Shown one piece after another: positions 46,745 through 56,719 of a DNA stretch of 64,000 nucleotides; position 1 is the stretch's first letter, and each line of letters opens with the position of its first letter. The translations under genes were made by a program, and so were the position numbers. Location of the stretch: positions 1-64,000 of the IMG/VR virus record IMGVR_UViG_3300009551_000005. One strand, 5' to 3'. This stretch comes from a virus. The notes under the pieces were generated by a model. That model saw only the letters and a program-made list of their open reading frames with translations. It did not search any database and was not told the origin of the DNA.

Positions 46745-48682
46745 ATGGCAGGCAGCGGCCCGTCGGCAGAAGTCAGGATCTCGCTTCAGGTCGAAGAGGC
46801 CAAGGCGCACGCCGCCATCGCGCGCACGAGCGCGATGTTCGGGAAGATCGCGCAGTCGGCGCAGCGCGCGCTGCACGGCGCCATGGAGGCGGTGTCGGGA
46901 TTCGCTTCCACGATGTTCAAGGCCGCAGGGATCGCCGGGCTCGTCGGCGGCCTGGCAGGAGGTTTCGGCCTCGTCGAAGGCGCCATGGAGGCGGCGCGCG
47001 CGGCGGAGAGTCAGAAGAAGGCCATCGCTCAGACATTGGCCATCACGGACCAGAGCGGCGCGTCTTTCGCGCAGCTCAAGGTGAAGGCCGCCGGGCTCCG
47101 CGAGGAGTTCGTCGAGATGGGGATGAAGGCCGGAGTCATGGGCTCCGAGGTGGCCTCCATCTTCCAGGAGATCGCGGAGAGAAGCGGGCGGCCAACGTCT
47201 GCGGTGAAGGAGCTCACCGAGAAGATCGTGCAGGCCGGGCGCGTGGTCGGTGACACCGAGACCATCACGCGGGGCATGCGCATGCTCGAGATGGGCATGA
47301 CGGGTGCGCGCAACCCGATCGTGGCGCTCATCCGGTCCACCGGTGTCCTCAAGGGTTCCATCCACGACGTCTCGCACGCGCTCTCGAAGATGAAGCCGGA
47401 GGACCAGCTCCGCGCCGGTGAGGAGGCCATCAACAAGCTCGCCGCCAAGGCGAAGGATCTGCCGCTCACGTTCGGGCAGATGGCCAATCAGCTCAAGCAG
47501 ATGAAAGAGAACGTCCTCGAGAACATCGGGGGTCCTCTCATCAGCGGGATCATGCCGGCGCTCATGGAGGTCCAGAAGTGGATCGCTGGTCACCGGCGCG
47601 AGATTGAGGCCTACGCGAAGGCGCTCGGGCAGAAGGTCGGCGAGTGGGTGAAGGCGGCTGCCAAGATGATGGGCGAGGCCTTCAAGTGGATCGACACGCA
47701 CTCGAAGGAGATCTCCGACGCCATTCAGGGCGCGGCGTCGGCGCTCAAGTCCGTCTTCAGCTTCATCATCGCGCACAAGGAGGTCATCGCCGGGATGTTC
47801 GCGGCGAAGGCGCTCGGCGGGTTGGTGGGAATGGGTGGTAAGGCCGGAGCCGCCGCCGCGGGTATCGGCATCTACAAGGAGATTCTCGAGGGCGTGAAGG
47901 ATGCGGTCGACAAGGCCTTCGTCCACAAGGAGACGAAGCACGAGGCGGCTGGCGCGAACATGAACGCTGGCATGGACGCCATCCAGCAGATGTACAAGGC
48001 CAAGAACCTCCAGGGGCTCCTCGACTACCAGAAGCAGTTCGTCGAGTACGCGGAGCAGTGGGACGGCGAGAAGGGCAAGAAGGCCGCCACGAAGTTCATC
48101 GACAAGTACATCAACGCGCTGTGGGACGAGCAGTCTCGCCAGTCCGACCGGATGCACGATCTCGCGATGAAAGCCGACGACGGCCGGCGGACCATCCAGG
48201 ACACGCTCATCGAGATCGGCAAGGCGAAGGACTCCTACGGGAAAAACTTCATGGGACCGACACCGGACTTCGAGGGGCAGTCGAACGAGCAGGGCGCTTA
48301 CATCGCGAAGATCTACAACGACGCCATCACAGCGCAGGACCAGGGCATGCAGATGCAGGCCGCGATCCTCCTTCGCTCGAGCGACATGGCGCGCCAGGCG
48401 CTCATCAACTCCGGCGTGGAGATCTCCGAGGGCATCGACAAGCTCGCGGCCATGGTCGGAGGCTCTGCGGGCGAAGCGCTCAAGAAGCTCTTCACGGATC
48501 GCCAGGCGTCGCTCAACAAGCCGACGATGACGCAGAACTTCAGCGGCGGCCAAACGTTCCACATCACGCAGGACTTCAGGAAGGCGGACCCCGACAACGT
48601 GGCGATCGTCACGCGGAAGGACACCTTCAAGCGGGCGTTCGCGCGCGGCTTCGCGAAGACCGCCATCTTCCAGGGCAGCTAG
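46745..48682 (+). CDS. tape measure protein
   Basis: 645-aa Ala-rich helical protein after the chaperone. Confidence 0.8.
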   Translation: MAGSGPSAEVRISLQVEEAKAHAAIARTSAMFGKIAQSAQRALHGAMEAVSGFASTMFKAAGIAGLVGGLAGGFGLVEGAMEAARAAESQKKAIAQTLAITDQSGASFAQLKVKAAGLREEFVEMGMKAGVMGSEVASIFQEIAERSGRPTSAVKELTEKIVQAGRVVGDTETITRGMRMLEMGMTGARNPIVALIRSTGVLKGSIHDVSHALSKMKPEDQLRAGEEAINKLAAKAKDLPLTFGQMANQLKQMKENVLENIGGPLISGIMPALMEVQKWIAGHRREIEAYAKALGQKVGEWVKAAAKMMGEAFKWIDTHSKEISDAIQGAASALKSVFSFIIAHKEVIAGMFAAKALGGLVGMGGKAGAAAAGIGIYKEILEGVKDAVDKAFVHKETKHEAAGANMNAGMDAIQQMYKAKNLQGLLDYQKQFVEYAEQWDGEKGKKAATKFIDKYINALWDEQSRQSDRMHDLAMKADDGRRTIQDTLIEIGKAKDSYGKNFMGPTPDFEGQSNEQGAYIAKIYNDAITAQDQGMQMQAAILLRSSDMARQALINSGVEISEGIDKLAAMVGGSAGEALKKLFTDRQASLNKPTMTQNFSGGQTFHITQDFRKADPDNVAIVTRKDTFKRAFARGFAKTAIFQGS

Positions 48683-48728
48683 CGGAGTCGGACGGGCCTT
48701 GATACCGTCCGGGTCATAGGAGAAGACG

Positions 48729-48884
48729 ATGGCGTTCCCCGACAAGAGCAAGAACGGCAAGGGCGGAAGCAAGGACGCGAGCGAGAGCCCGGACGCGAGC
48801 GAGTCGGAGTCCAGCTCTTCTTCGGAGTCGGCGGAGAGCGAGAGCTCGCCGCTCGAGAAGTGGGCCAAGGCCCAGAAGAAGTGA
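48729..48884 (+). CDS. 51-aa Ser/Glu-rich protein (not in the ORF track)
   Basis: TACCGT plus AGGAG RBS; MAFPDKSK...PLEKWAKAQKK*. Confidence 0.55.
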   Translation: MAFPDKSKNGKGGSKDASESPDASESESSSSSESAESESSPLEKWAKAQKK

Positions 48885-48916
48885 CGCGCTCGCGCGCCGG
48901 CGCGGAGGTGTAACCC

Positions 48917-50218
48917 GTGGCCAGCGCGAGCTCCACGATCCTCATTGAGGAGATCACCAGCCAGCCTGGCCAGGTGCGTCGTTCGATCCTTCTCTCCGGT
49001 CCCACGCTCCCCTTCATGGGGCCGGAGTGGGGCTCGGAGCGGAACGAGAAGATCACCTGGTACCCCGGCAACAGCCAGGCGACCTGGCAGCTCATCGGGC
49101 CCAAGGCGGTGCCCATGCAGTGGCAGGGTCACTGGAGCCGCCAGCAGATGGGGAGCCGGCCGGCGATCTTCCACGACGTCGACGGCACGCCGCAGGACAT
49201 CGTCGACCCGTCCATCCTCCGCGAGAAGATGGAACAGATCTCGCTCGGCGGGCGCATCGTCCGGGTGACGTGGACGGTGCAGCAGGCCGGCGGGCAGCTC
49301 TCCGCCGCGCAGCAACGCGCGCTCGGGCAGGGCACTTCCCCGCAATCGCAGGGCTCCATCGTCCGCGAAGGCAGCCTCACGAAGTTCTCGGTGAAGCCCG
49401 AGACGTGGGACGACATGCCGTGGGAAGCGACGTTCAACTGGACGAACTTCGGCACGCGTCAGGCCCCTGCGAAGGCGTCGCGCGCGCCGTCGCTCGGGAG
49501 CTCCGCCGGCAAGATCAAGGCGTCGACCTCGCAGCTCAAGAACCTCTCGACGGGCACGCCGGTCGTGGCCTCCAACCCGTCGGTCCTGAACAGCGCGAGC
49601 TTCGTCACGCTCGGACAGCTCGAGAGCTTCCCCTTCGCGCTCGAGGCGGCGCTGGCGGCCACGGTGTCTACGGTCGTAGGTCTTGCGGATCGACTCTCCT
49701 CCGCCGCACTGGTTGGTCAGCAGGTGGCCGTGGTGCCCCTCGCGGTGCAGCAGGACTCCGTCGCGGCTGCGCGTCTCGCGGTGACGGAAGCGCTCCTCCT
49801 CGAGGACCAGCTCGGGCAGACGCCTTGGGAGCTCCAGACGCTCGGGCAGGAGGTGAAGGACATCCTCGCCGCCATCCAGCGCTACCAACCGATTCATGAG
49901 GAGCTCGAACAGCTCGCGCTCCTCGCCGCGGAGATGCGCGACGAGCTCCAGGCGCAGCTCTCGACGCCTCCGCTCAGTGGTCGCCGCTCCGCGCTCGGGC
50001 AGGGCGGTGGAGGTGTGACGGGCGCTGTTCTCGGCTTCTACGTGGTGAAGGCGGGCGACACGCCGGAGACCATCGCGCGCGCGTGGTACGGCGATGACAC
50101 GCTCTCCACCGAGATCCTCAACGTGAACGGTCTGCCGTGGCACATCGTCACGCTGCCGCCGGGTCTCCGCCTCCTCATCCCGCGGGTGAAGGGTTCAGGC
50201 GTCACGAAGAGCATCTGA
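48917..50218 (+). CDS. tail tube initiator/baseplate protein with C-terminal LysM
   Basis: YVVKAGDTPETIARAWYGD...ILNVNGL...LLIP. Confidence 0.8.
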   Translation: MASASSTILIEEITSQPGQVRRSILLSGPTLPFMGPEWGSERNEKITWYPGNSQATWQLIGPKAVPMQWQGHWSRQQMGSRPAIFHDVDGTPQDIVDPSILREKMEQISLGGRIVRVTWTVQQAGGQLSAAQQRALGQGTSPQSQGSIVREGSLTKFSVKPETWDDMPWEATFNWTNFGTRQAPAKASRAPSLGSSAGKIKASTSQLKNLSTGTPVVASNPSVLNSASFVTLGQLESFPFALEAALAATVSTVVGLADRLSSAALVGQQVAVVPLAVQQDSVAAARLAVTEALLLEDQLGQTPWELQTLGQEVKDILAAIQRYQPIHEELEQLALLAAEMRDELQAQLSTPPLSGRRSALGQGGGGVTGAVLGFYVVKAGDTPETIARAWYGDDTLSTEILNVNGLPWHIVTLPPGLRLLIPRVKGSGVTKSI

Positions 50219-50230
50219 TAGATTCCGCGC

Positions 50231-50575
50231 GTGGCAATCGTCGTCGCCCTCGTCGTCGCGCTCTCTGCCTCGCTCGCGGCGAACGTGGTTCAAGCAGTGA
50301 GGCTTCGGCGCGCGAAGCGCCAGGAAGAGAAGATCATGGCAGCCATCGACGTCCTCACCGCGCAGGTCACCGAAAACGTCACCGTGGACGGGAGCGCGAT
50401 CCAGCTCCTCAACAACATCGCGGCGCAGATCCAGGCGGCCAAGAGCAGCGAAGCAGCACTCGAGGCTCTCGCTGCGCAGCTCAAGTCGAGCGCCACCGCG
50501 CTCGCTGCGGCGGTCACCGCGAACACGCCGGCGGCACCTCCGGCGAGCCCTCCGCCTCCCCCGCCTGCGCCCTGA
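50231..50575 (+). CDS. membrane-anchored coiled-coil protein
   Basis: TAGATT-N6-GTG; TM segment. Confidence 0.55.
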   Translation: MAIVVALVVALSASLAANVVQAVRLRRAKRQEEKIMAAIDVLTAQVTENVTVDGSAIQLLNNIAAQIQAAKSSEAALEALAAQLKSSATALAAAVTANTPAAPPASPPPPPPAP

Positions 50576-50601
50576 GCACGGCGCAGCGGTAGGCTGCTCC
50601 C

Positions 50602-52464
50602 GTGTACCTCATCCCCTCCTGCAAGGTGCGCCTGGCCATCCGCTTCGACGAGATGGGGGCGCACCGTGACCTGAAGACCAAGGCCGACGCTCAGAACGCC
50701 ACCGCCACCACCAAGAACCTCTCCGGCGTGAAGGTGGAACGCGGTGACCTGAAGCTCGTGCAGGACGGGGATGCGCCGCCGGGCGTGTCGCGTCTCATCC
50801 TTCTTTCGTCGAGCAGCGTCTCGCAGATCCAGTCGAACCAGCCGAACGCGCTCCAGCAGGACAAGGGCGGGTTCCTGCGCATCGCCAACAGCATCCCTCA
50901 GCGATCGCAGGACAAGCTCACGTACGACGTCCTCCTCATCCCGACTGAGGCGACGTGGAAGAAGAACGGCATCCGCGAAGCCGACCACCTCACGGTGAAG
51001 TTCCCCTACTCGCAGTTCCCCTTCGACCCACGCCTCGTTCGCTCCGTCGCGATGGAGCTCATCATGGGGTGCGTGAAGCCGGAGGACTACGAGGCCGGCG
51101 TGAATGGGGAGTACCGCACGCTGCCCGATGGCTCTCAGGAGCTCCGGTCTGTCGTGCCCGACACGTACACCGACAACCAGGGAAGGCCGCGCACCAACAC
51201 ACGCTTCCAGGGCTTTTGCGACACGTGGGAGAACGAGTGGCCGACCGACGGAGAGCCGATGGTCACGCTCGAGGGGCGCGACAACACGCAGCTCATCATC
51301 GACCAGACGGTCTCGCCGCGGCTCGTCGTCGACATGAACAAGCCGATTCACGAGGCCGTGGCGCAGTACCTCTCGCACTTCCCGCAGTGCGAGGGGCTCA
51401 GCGTGGAGTACCTACCGCCGGGGGAGACGCCGCCGGTGCTCAGCAAAGTGCTCGCGAACACCGCGTTCCGTCCGCAGCTCGGACCGCAGCCCTCGAAGGG
51501 CGGTCAGGATCTCAAGGCGTGGGACTACCTCACGGACATCGTAGGCGCCGTCGGTCACTCCATCCGCCTCGACGGCACGCGGGTCATCATCCAGCGCGTG
51601 CGGAGCTTCATGACCTCCGCGTCGGTGCGCCGGCCGGACGATCCGTACACCGGAAGAACTGGGCCCGCGGGTGAGCGCCTCGAGTGGCGGCGTTTCCTCT
51701 GGGGCAGGAACATCGCGAGCCTCAAGACCAAGCGCACGTTCACGCCCACGCGCTCGCCGGTGAACATCGAGGTCCGCATCTACAACCATGCGACGAAGCA
51801 GCTCATCGTCGGGCGGTTCCCCGAAGACCACGACCGCCAGGTGTACGCGATCCCGGGTGACGCTTCTCCTGACCAGAAGTGGGAGGTGCGTCGCATCGGC
51901 TACGCAGGGATCAAAGACGCGAAGACCGCGAAGCTCATCGCGCAAGAGCTCTATGAAAGCCAGGGAAGGAACGAGCTCGAGGTGGAGCTCCACACCGACG
52001 ATCTCGCGAGCTACGCGGGAAGTGACGATGACCCGGACATCCTCGACGCCACCGCCGGCGACACCATCGAGGTCATGACCGCGGAGGCCGCGGCGGACGA
52101 GAGAGACAACGAACAGGTCACGCTCGCTGGCGTTCTCGCGAGCTCCTCGCGCGCACGGCAGCACATCAAGAACCTCGGCTTCACCGACGAGTTCGCGGAC
52201 GCGTTCGCACAGGCGAGCGCCAACAGCGCCTTCGTTCAGCAGTTCCGGCTGAAGGAGCTCGAGTCGAAGTGGACGATCGGCGACGGTGGCGGAGGAGGCA
52301 TCGAGCTCACGGTCGCCGGCACGAACTACCAAGAGGTCAGGAGCGACAAGGTGGGTCTCGACGAACCGGACAACAACCCCGGTCTGCCGCCGCTCCCCGG
52401 TCCTAACGCTGGCCCGCCCGCGAACCTGCCCGCGCCTTCCGGCTCGCCTTCCGGTTGGATCTAG
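50602..52464 (+). CDS. baseplate hub protein
   Basis: FQGFCD...VTLEGRDNT, AWDYLTD; position. Confidence 0.7.
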   Translation: MYLIPSCKVRLAIRFDEMGAHRDLKTKADAQNATATTKNLSGVKVERGDLKLVQDGDAPPGVSRLILLSSSSVSQIQSNQPNALQQDKGGFLRIANSIPQRSQDKLTYDVLLIPTEATWKKNGIREADHLTVKFPYSQFPFDPRLVRSVAMELIMGCVKPEDYEAGVNGEYRTLPDGSQELRSVVPDTYTDNQGRPRTNTRFQGFCDTWENEWPTDGEPMVTLEGRDNTQLIIDQTVSPRLVVDMNKPIHEAVAQYLSHFPQCEGLSVEYLPPGETPPVLSKVLANTAFRPQLGPQPSKGGQDLKAWDYLTDIVGAVGHSIRLDGTRVIIQRVRSFMTSASVRRPDDPYTGRTGPAGERLEWRRFLWGRNIASLKTKRTFTPTRSPVNIEVRIYNHATKQLIVGRFPEDHDRQVYAIPGDASPDQKWEVRRIGYAGIKDAKTAKLIAQELYESQGRNELEVELHTDDLASYAGSDDDPDILDATAGDTIEVMTAEAAADERDNEQVTLAGVLASSSRARQHIKNLGFTDEFADAFAQASANSAFVQQFRLKELESKWTIGDGGGGGIELTVAGTNYQEVRSDKVGLDEPDNNPGLPPLPGPNAGPPANLPAPSGSPSGWI

Positions 52465-52513
52465 CCTTCCTGCAGCTTTTAGGGCTGCGGCTCAGTGCGT
52501 GTAGGCTCCCGGG

Positions 52514-52625
52514 GTTGTTGGACCGTCCTGCCCGAGGTCGTAGCACGCAGAATCGACCGCGCCACCAGCTCTTCGTATTGGACGAAGCCACTCGCGCTCC
52601 CAACCTCGGACCGTCCGCAATCTTT
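52514..52625 (+). ncRNA. candidate structured small RNA
   Basis: TAGGCT at 52502, nested stems, no convincing ORF. Confidence 0.35.
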
Positions 52626-52630
52626 CTCCG

Positions 52631-52654
52631 CCGTCGGTGATCGATCACCGACGG
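52631..52654. repeat. 24-bp palindrome, copy 8
   Basis: Exact copy, then TGC-TAGCGT-N7-ATG. Confidence 0.97.
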
Positions 52655-52670
52655 TGCTAGCGTCACCGGC

Positions 52671-53633
52671 ATGGGACACAACGACGGGAGGGACCACGCC
52701 CCGATCCCGATGCCCGGCGGCGACACGCGCGAGTGGGGGTGCTTCGGCATCGTGCAGCCGGCAACGTCAGGCTCCGGCGCGTCCATCCGCTTCTACGACG
52801 ATGACGGCAACCCGCTGCCCGAGGGATACCTCGTCGACGTGAAGCTCATGCCCTCGGGCACGATCGTCCCGTGCCTCGTCGCGTCCTTTCTCGCGGGCCA
52901 AGGCGAGGCGTGCTTCTTCCCGTTCAACGCCGGTGACGAGGTCTACGTGATGGTGCCCGAAGGCGACGAGCGCGCGGGCTGCACGATCGTCGGACGGTGC
53001 AACCAGGCGCTCGACGTCTTCCCGCTCCAGGTCGCGGGGCAAGACGTCACGCAGAACAACTTTGGCTTCGTGCGCATGCGCACTCCGTTCATCGTCGAGA
53101 CCGCGAGCTCACTTCTTCTACGGCACTCCGTCTCCGGTGCGTTTCTCGCGTTCGATCTCTCCGGCGCGCTCACCATGGCACCCGGTGACGGAGGAAGCCT
53201 TCATCTCGGCCCAGACTTCCTCGGCTTCCAGACGCTCGACAGCTCGGGCAGCGTGCAAGTGGTTCCCGCGAACGGATCGCAGGGCAATCAGGTGCAGATG
53301 AACGCTGACGCTACGAGCTTCCTTCTCGACGGCTCTGCGAGTCAGCTCCTCACGACGGGCACGCTCACGCTCGCGACCGCGGGCAACCAGTTCTGCGGGC
53401 ACGCGCTCACCGTGGAGCAGTTCCTCACCATCATGCAGGGGATCGTCATCCCGCCGACAGGTCTCACCGGACCGACCATGTGGGCCGCTCTTGCGGCGGC
53501 CATCACCGCGGGCAACGCGACACCCCTCGACACCACGGTCATCACGCCGGCGCTCACGTTGGCCCTCACCACGCCAGGGACTCCCGCGCCGGGCACGTTC
53601 GGAGTGGCCTGCCCGGGACTCCTCATCGGCTGA
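52671..53633 (+). CDS. baseplate spike (gpV/gp5-like)
   Basis: OB-fold FFPFNAGDEVYVMVPEGD...IVGR. Confidence 0.75.
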   Translation: MGHNDGRDHAPIPMPGGDTREWGCFGIVQPATSGSGASIRFYDDDGNPLPEGYLVDVKLMPSGTIVPCLVASFLAGQGEACFFPFNAGDEVYVMVPEGDERAGCTIVGRCNQALDVFPLQVAGQDVTQNNFGFVRMRTPFIVETASSLLLRHSVSGAFLAFDLSGALTMAPGDGGSLHLGPDFLGFQTLDSSGSVQVVPANGSQGNQVQMNADATSFLLDGSASQLLTTGTLTLATAGNQFCGHALTVEQFLTIMQGIVIPPTGLTGPTMWAALAAAITAGNATPLDTTVITPALTLALTTPGTPAPGTFGVACPGLLIG

Positions 53634-53680
53634 GAATCCTTGGGCGGCGCGGGAAAGTGCCACCCGCGGTGAAAAACCTG

Positions 53681-53708
53681 TTGCGCTATAGCGCAGGTGG
53701 TTTATAGT
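53681..53708 (+). promoter_or_regulatory. sigma70-type promoter with overlapping 14-bp palindrome
   Basis: TTGCGC-N16-TATAGT, A-tract upstream; TGCGCTATAGCGCA at 53682-53695. Confidence 0.65.
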
Positions 53709-53751
53709 TTCCCTTATGAGCGGCGCTGAGGGCGCGAAAGGGGAAACGACG

Positions 53752-53970
53752 ATGCAATTCGAAAAGTTCGCGGTGTGGGCTGACGTTTTCGGCTACCTGG
53801 CGATGGGCGCGACTCTTCACTACCAGGCACCCATGGATGCGCGTCCGCGCCGCGTGCGCATCGTCCGCATCTTCAAGAACGCCAAGCTCCGCATCGAAGC
53901 TGGCGACCTTTCCTTCACCGCCGACGAGGGTCATCTCTCGCGCTTCCGGCGAGAAGTCATCGCCGCCTGA
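53752..53970 (+). CDS. hypothetical protein
   Basis: GAAAGGGGAA RBS. Confidence 0.6.
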   Translation: MQFEKFAVWADVFGYLAMGATLHYQAPMDARPRRVRIVRIFKNAKLRIEAGDLSFTADEGHLSRFRREVIAA

Positions 53971-54032
53971 TTCGGTCTCTCCGACCCGGCTTCGGCCGGC
54001 TCAGAGCGAACGAAACGAAAGGGGAACGACCG

Positions 54033-54407
54033 ATGACGTACCTGGATCTGGTGCAGGCTTTGGAGCTTAAGAACGAGCAGCACATGGTGCTCTGCGAGAT
54101 GGCGATGCAGATCGACCGTCTCGAGCGCAACGTTCGCGAGGGCTCGAAGGAGTTCGCGGAGAAGGTCTCGAATTGGCAGAAGCGCATCGAGAGCGACGAC
54201 ATCATCCACAACACGTTCAGCTACCCGAACATGCTGCTGGAGATCACGAAGGACCAGACGGCGCTCGGAGCGCTTTTTCACTCCTTCCGCATCACCTTCA
54301 AGGTCATCACTGGGATGACGCTCGAGAAGGCGCAAGAGGAGCTCGTGGAAGCGGAAGGCGAAGGCGTGCCGAGCATCTCCAAGGCCGGCAGGAGCACTCC
54401 GCGATGA
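54033..54407 (+). CDS. hypothetical protein
   Basis: Same GAAAGGGGAA RBS. Confidence 0.6.
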   Translation: MTYLDLVQALELKNEQHMVLCEMAMQIDRLERNVREGSKEFAEKVSNWQKRIESDDIIHNTFSYPNMLLEITKDQTALGALFHSFRITFKVITGMTLEKAQEELVEAEGEGVPSISKAGRSTPR

Positions 54408-54595
54408 AGCGCACCATCACGCCGCCGCGCGGTACCGCTTCAACGCTTCCCCCCGTTCCGCGTCTCTCGAGCGCAGCCACGCTGCCGACGGTGCCCGTTC
54501 CGCCACCGTCACCGCCCAATTCCTACTGCATCTGGTGCGAGAAGCCCTCGCACGAGTGTTCGTGTGACGGCAACGGAGTCGACCACTGGAGATGA
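54404..54595 (+). CDS. hypothetical protein
   Basis: ATGA-coupled; CIWC...CSC. Confidence 0.5.
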   Translation: MKRTITPPRGTASTLPPVPRLSSAATLPTVPVPPPSPPNSYCIWCEKPSHECSCDGNGVDHWR

Positions 54596-54879
54596 CCATG
54601 GACCAGAAGATTCAGGACAAGAAGGAAGCGATCTTCAACGTCTACCTCGCGGCTTACGTCTCGACGGTGTTCAACGAGAAACCCGCACCAAAAGTGAGTC
54701 CGCAACTCACCGCCGTCGAGCACGCGACTGCGAGCGCGATGGGCGTGAACCACGGACTGAACGCGAAGGACTGCGCACCGCGCGCTCTCTCCGACTTCTG
54801 GCAGCTCTTCGAGCAGAAGCTCGGGCGGACGACGCCTGCGGTGGGGACGGAGGCTCTCGTGCCCAAGGACGTGTCATGA
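54592..54879 (+). CDS. hypothetical protein
   Basis: ATGA-coupled. Confidence 0.55.
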   Translation: MTMDQKIQDKKEAIFNVYLAAYVSTVFNEKPAPKVSPQLTAVEHATASAMGVNHGLNAKDCAPRALSDFWQLFEQKLGRTTPAVGTEALVPKDVS

Positions 54880-55070
54880 AGTTCCACGTCTACATCGCGC
54901 GTGGTCCCAACGCCGCGTCGACGATGATCGAAGCATCAGACTCCAAGGACGCTCTCAAACAAGCGGCGACTCTTTGGGATGAGCAGCGCGAGAACATCAA
55001 CGTGCACTCCGTGAAGAACTGCACGGAGATGGGTTGCGGCGAGGGCTACGAGAAACGGAGGTTTGCATGA
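54876..55070 (+). CDS. hypothetical protein
   Basis: ATGA-coupled. Confidence 0.5.
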   Translation: MKFHVYIARGPNAASTMIEASDSKDALKQAATLWDEQRENINVHSVKNCTEMGCGEGYEKRRFA

Positions 55071-55384
55071 GCGTCATCGGGATTCCCAAGAGCATGAAGC
55101 ACTTCCTCATCCGCGACGGGAAACGTCACAAGCTCACGCTCGACTTCCCCGAAGCTTCTTTCGCGCGCGTCGCCGACGAGAAGTGCCCGCATTGCGGCTC
55201 CGAGCAATTCGGCGTCGCGGGCACCGGCAAGCGGCCGAGCAAGGACGATCGCGCGTGGGAGGCTGACGCGGTCAGCACGTGCTGCAAGAAACCCGTCGGC
55301 ACGATCCGAGTCGAGACGGGCACGCTCTTCGGCGTGCGCGAAGACGCGGAGGTTCTCTCCGGCCGTTACGGGCGCGTCTACTGA
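55067..55384 (+). CDS. Zn-ribbon protein
   Basis: CPHC...CC; GGAGG RBS. Confidence 0.6.
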   Translation: MSVIGIPKSMKHFLIRDGKRHKLTLDFPEASFARVADEKCPHCGSEQFGVAGTGKRPSKDDRAWEADAVSTCCKKPVGTIRVETGTLFGVREDAEVLSGRYGRVY

Positions 55385-55400
55385 CTGCTACCTTCCCGGC

Positions 55401-55787
55401 ATGGGCTTCCCGCCGCCGGACCTTCCTCCGCCTGTCCCCACCAGCATCGCGCTCTCGCAAGACGCGGCGTTTCCTGCGATCCCAGGCGCCGTGGGCCAGG
55501 CGGCCTCCATCGCGCTCTGCCTCCTCAAGTTCAAGCCTCCCTTCCGCGCGTTCACCTTCGGATTCAAGATCCCGGGCTTCCCTCCGAAGCTCCCTCAGCT
55601 TCCCCGTCTTCCCTACGGCGTGAACTGTTTTCTCCAGCCAGCGCCCGCTCTCATCCCTGACCAGGCGCGAACGCTTCTCGGCGGAATCGTGTCTCCCAAT
55701 CCGCTCAACCCCGTCGCCGGCGTCGAGCCTGGTGGTGGGAGACCGGTGCTCCTGCAACCCGATCCCGACGACAAGCCGGGGGCATAA
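55401..55787 (+). CDS. Pro-rich baseplate-region protein
   Basis: TACCTT-N6-ATG. Confidence 0.55.
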   Translation: MGFPPPDLPPPVPTSIALSQDAAFPAIPGAVGQAASIALCLLKFKPPFRAFTFGFKIPGFPPKLPQLPRLPYGVNCFLQPAPALIPDQARTLLGGIVSPNPLNPVAGVEPGGGRPVLLQPDPDDKPGA

Positions 55788-55789
55788 CG

Positions 55790-56710
55790 ATGCCCGGCGG
55801 CGGCACTTGGGGCACGGGAGCCTGGGGCGGTGGCGCGTGGGTTGGCGGAGGCGTCAGCTTGGCGCTCACGCTCGCGTGGGCGCGAAGGGAGAACTGCATC
55901 AGGCTCCAGTTCAACGAGCCCGTGTACCTCTCCGATCTCCTCGACGAGTTCGACGCCTCGAGACCGGAGCTCTTCACGGTGACCGCGGTGACAGGAACCG
56001 TCGGTCTCGACGGACTGCCCGCGCGCGCGGTCGCGCCGGCGACGGTGGCCTACCCCGATCCGTTGAATGACCCGGTGGCGACGCCGGCGACGTTCAACAC
56101 GATGCTGGACGTGTGGCTCGACCGGAAGATGTCGCCCTATCCCGCGGCGTACGTCGTGACGTGCCAAGGGCTCGCCGGCGACCCTGCTGGCGCCACGCTC
56201 CTCGACCCAGGCCAGAGCTCCTTCCAGCTCCTCGGAGTGCAGCAGGACCTCGTGCCGCCGACGCTCGACCCCATCGCGGACCGCGGCGGAGACTTCGCCA
56301 ACCCGTCGACGCTCTCCGCCGCGCAAGCGGCCAAGATCCCGAACGCGGGACCGACAACGCCTCTCGGCACCTACCTCGCCGACGGCACCGGTGCCTACGC
56401 GCGCGACCGCGGAATCGAGAGCTACAAGAAGCGCATCGTGCGAGCCGTCCTCGCGCGGCGCGGAGCCTTCATCCATCTGCCGACGGATTGGGGAGGAGGA
56501 CTCGCGGGGATGGGCAAGGCGCTCGCCACGCGTGCTCGCGTCGAGCAGGCGCAGAGCGCGATCCTCCAGATCGTGCAAAGCGACCCGGAGACCGCGCAGG
56601 CGCGCGTGATGCTCCTCCTCGAGCCAACTGGCGTGTGGCGCGTCTCCATCGTGGCGCGCTTGCGCTCTGGTCCGGTCATCAAGTTCGGCACGCAGCTCTC
56701 GCCGCAGTAA
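55790..56710 (+). CDS. baseplate wedge (gp25-like C-terminus)
   Basis: RIVRAVLARRGAFIHLPTDWGGG...QSDPE. Confidence 0.65.
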   Translation: MPGGGTWGTGAWGGGAWVGGGVSLALTLAWARRENCIRLQFNEPVYLSDLLDEFDASRPELFTVTAVTGTVGLDGLPARAVAPATVAYPDPLNDPVATPATFNTMLDVWLDRKMSPYPAAYVVTCQGLAGDPAGATLLDPGQSSFQLLGVQQDLVPPTLDPIADRGGDFANPSTLSAAQAAKIPNAGPTTPLGTYLADGTGAYARDRGIESYKKRIVRAVLARRGAFIHLPTDWGGGLAGMGKALATRARVEQAQSAILQIVQSDPETAQARVMLLLEPTGVWRVSIVARLRSGPVIKFGTQLSPQ

Positions 56711-56719
56711 CCTTCGTGC

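Noticed and set aside
46544-50143. Long minus-strand ORFs (also 19545..21980, 24764..26956, 33241..35298, 59979..62330)
   Set aside because: Shadow ORFs of GC-rich + strand genes with Arg-rich non-protein-like composition.
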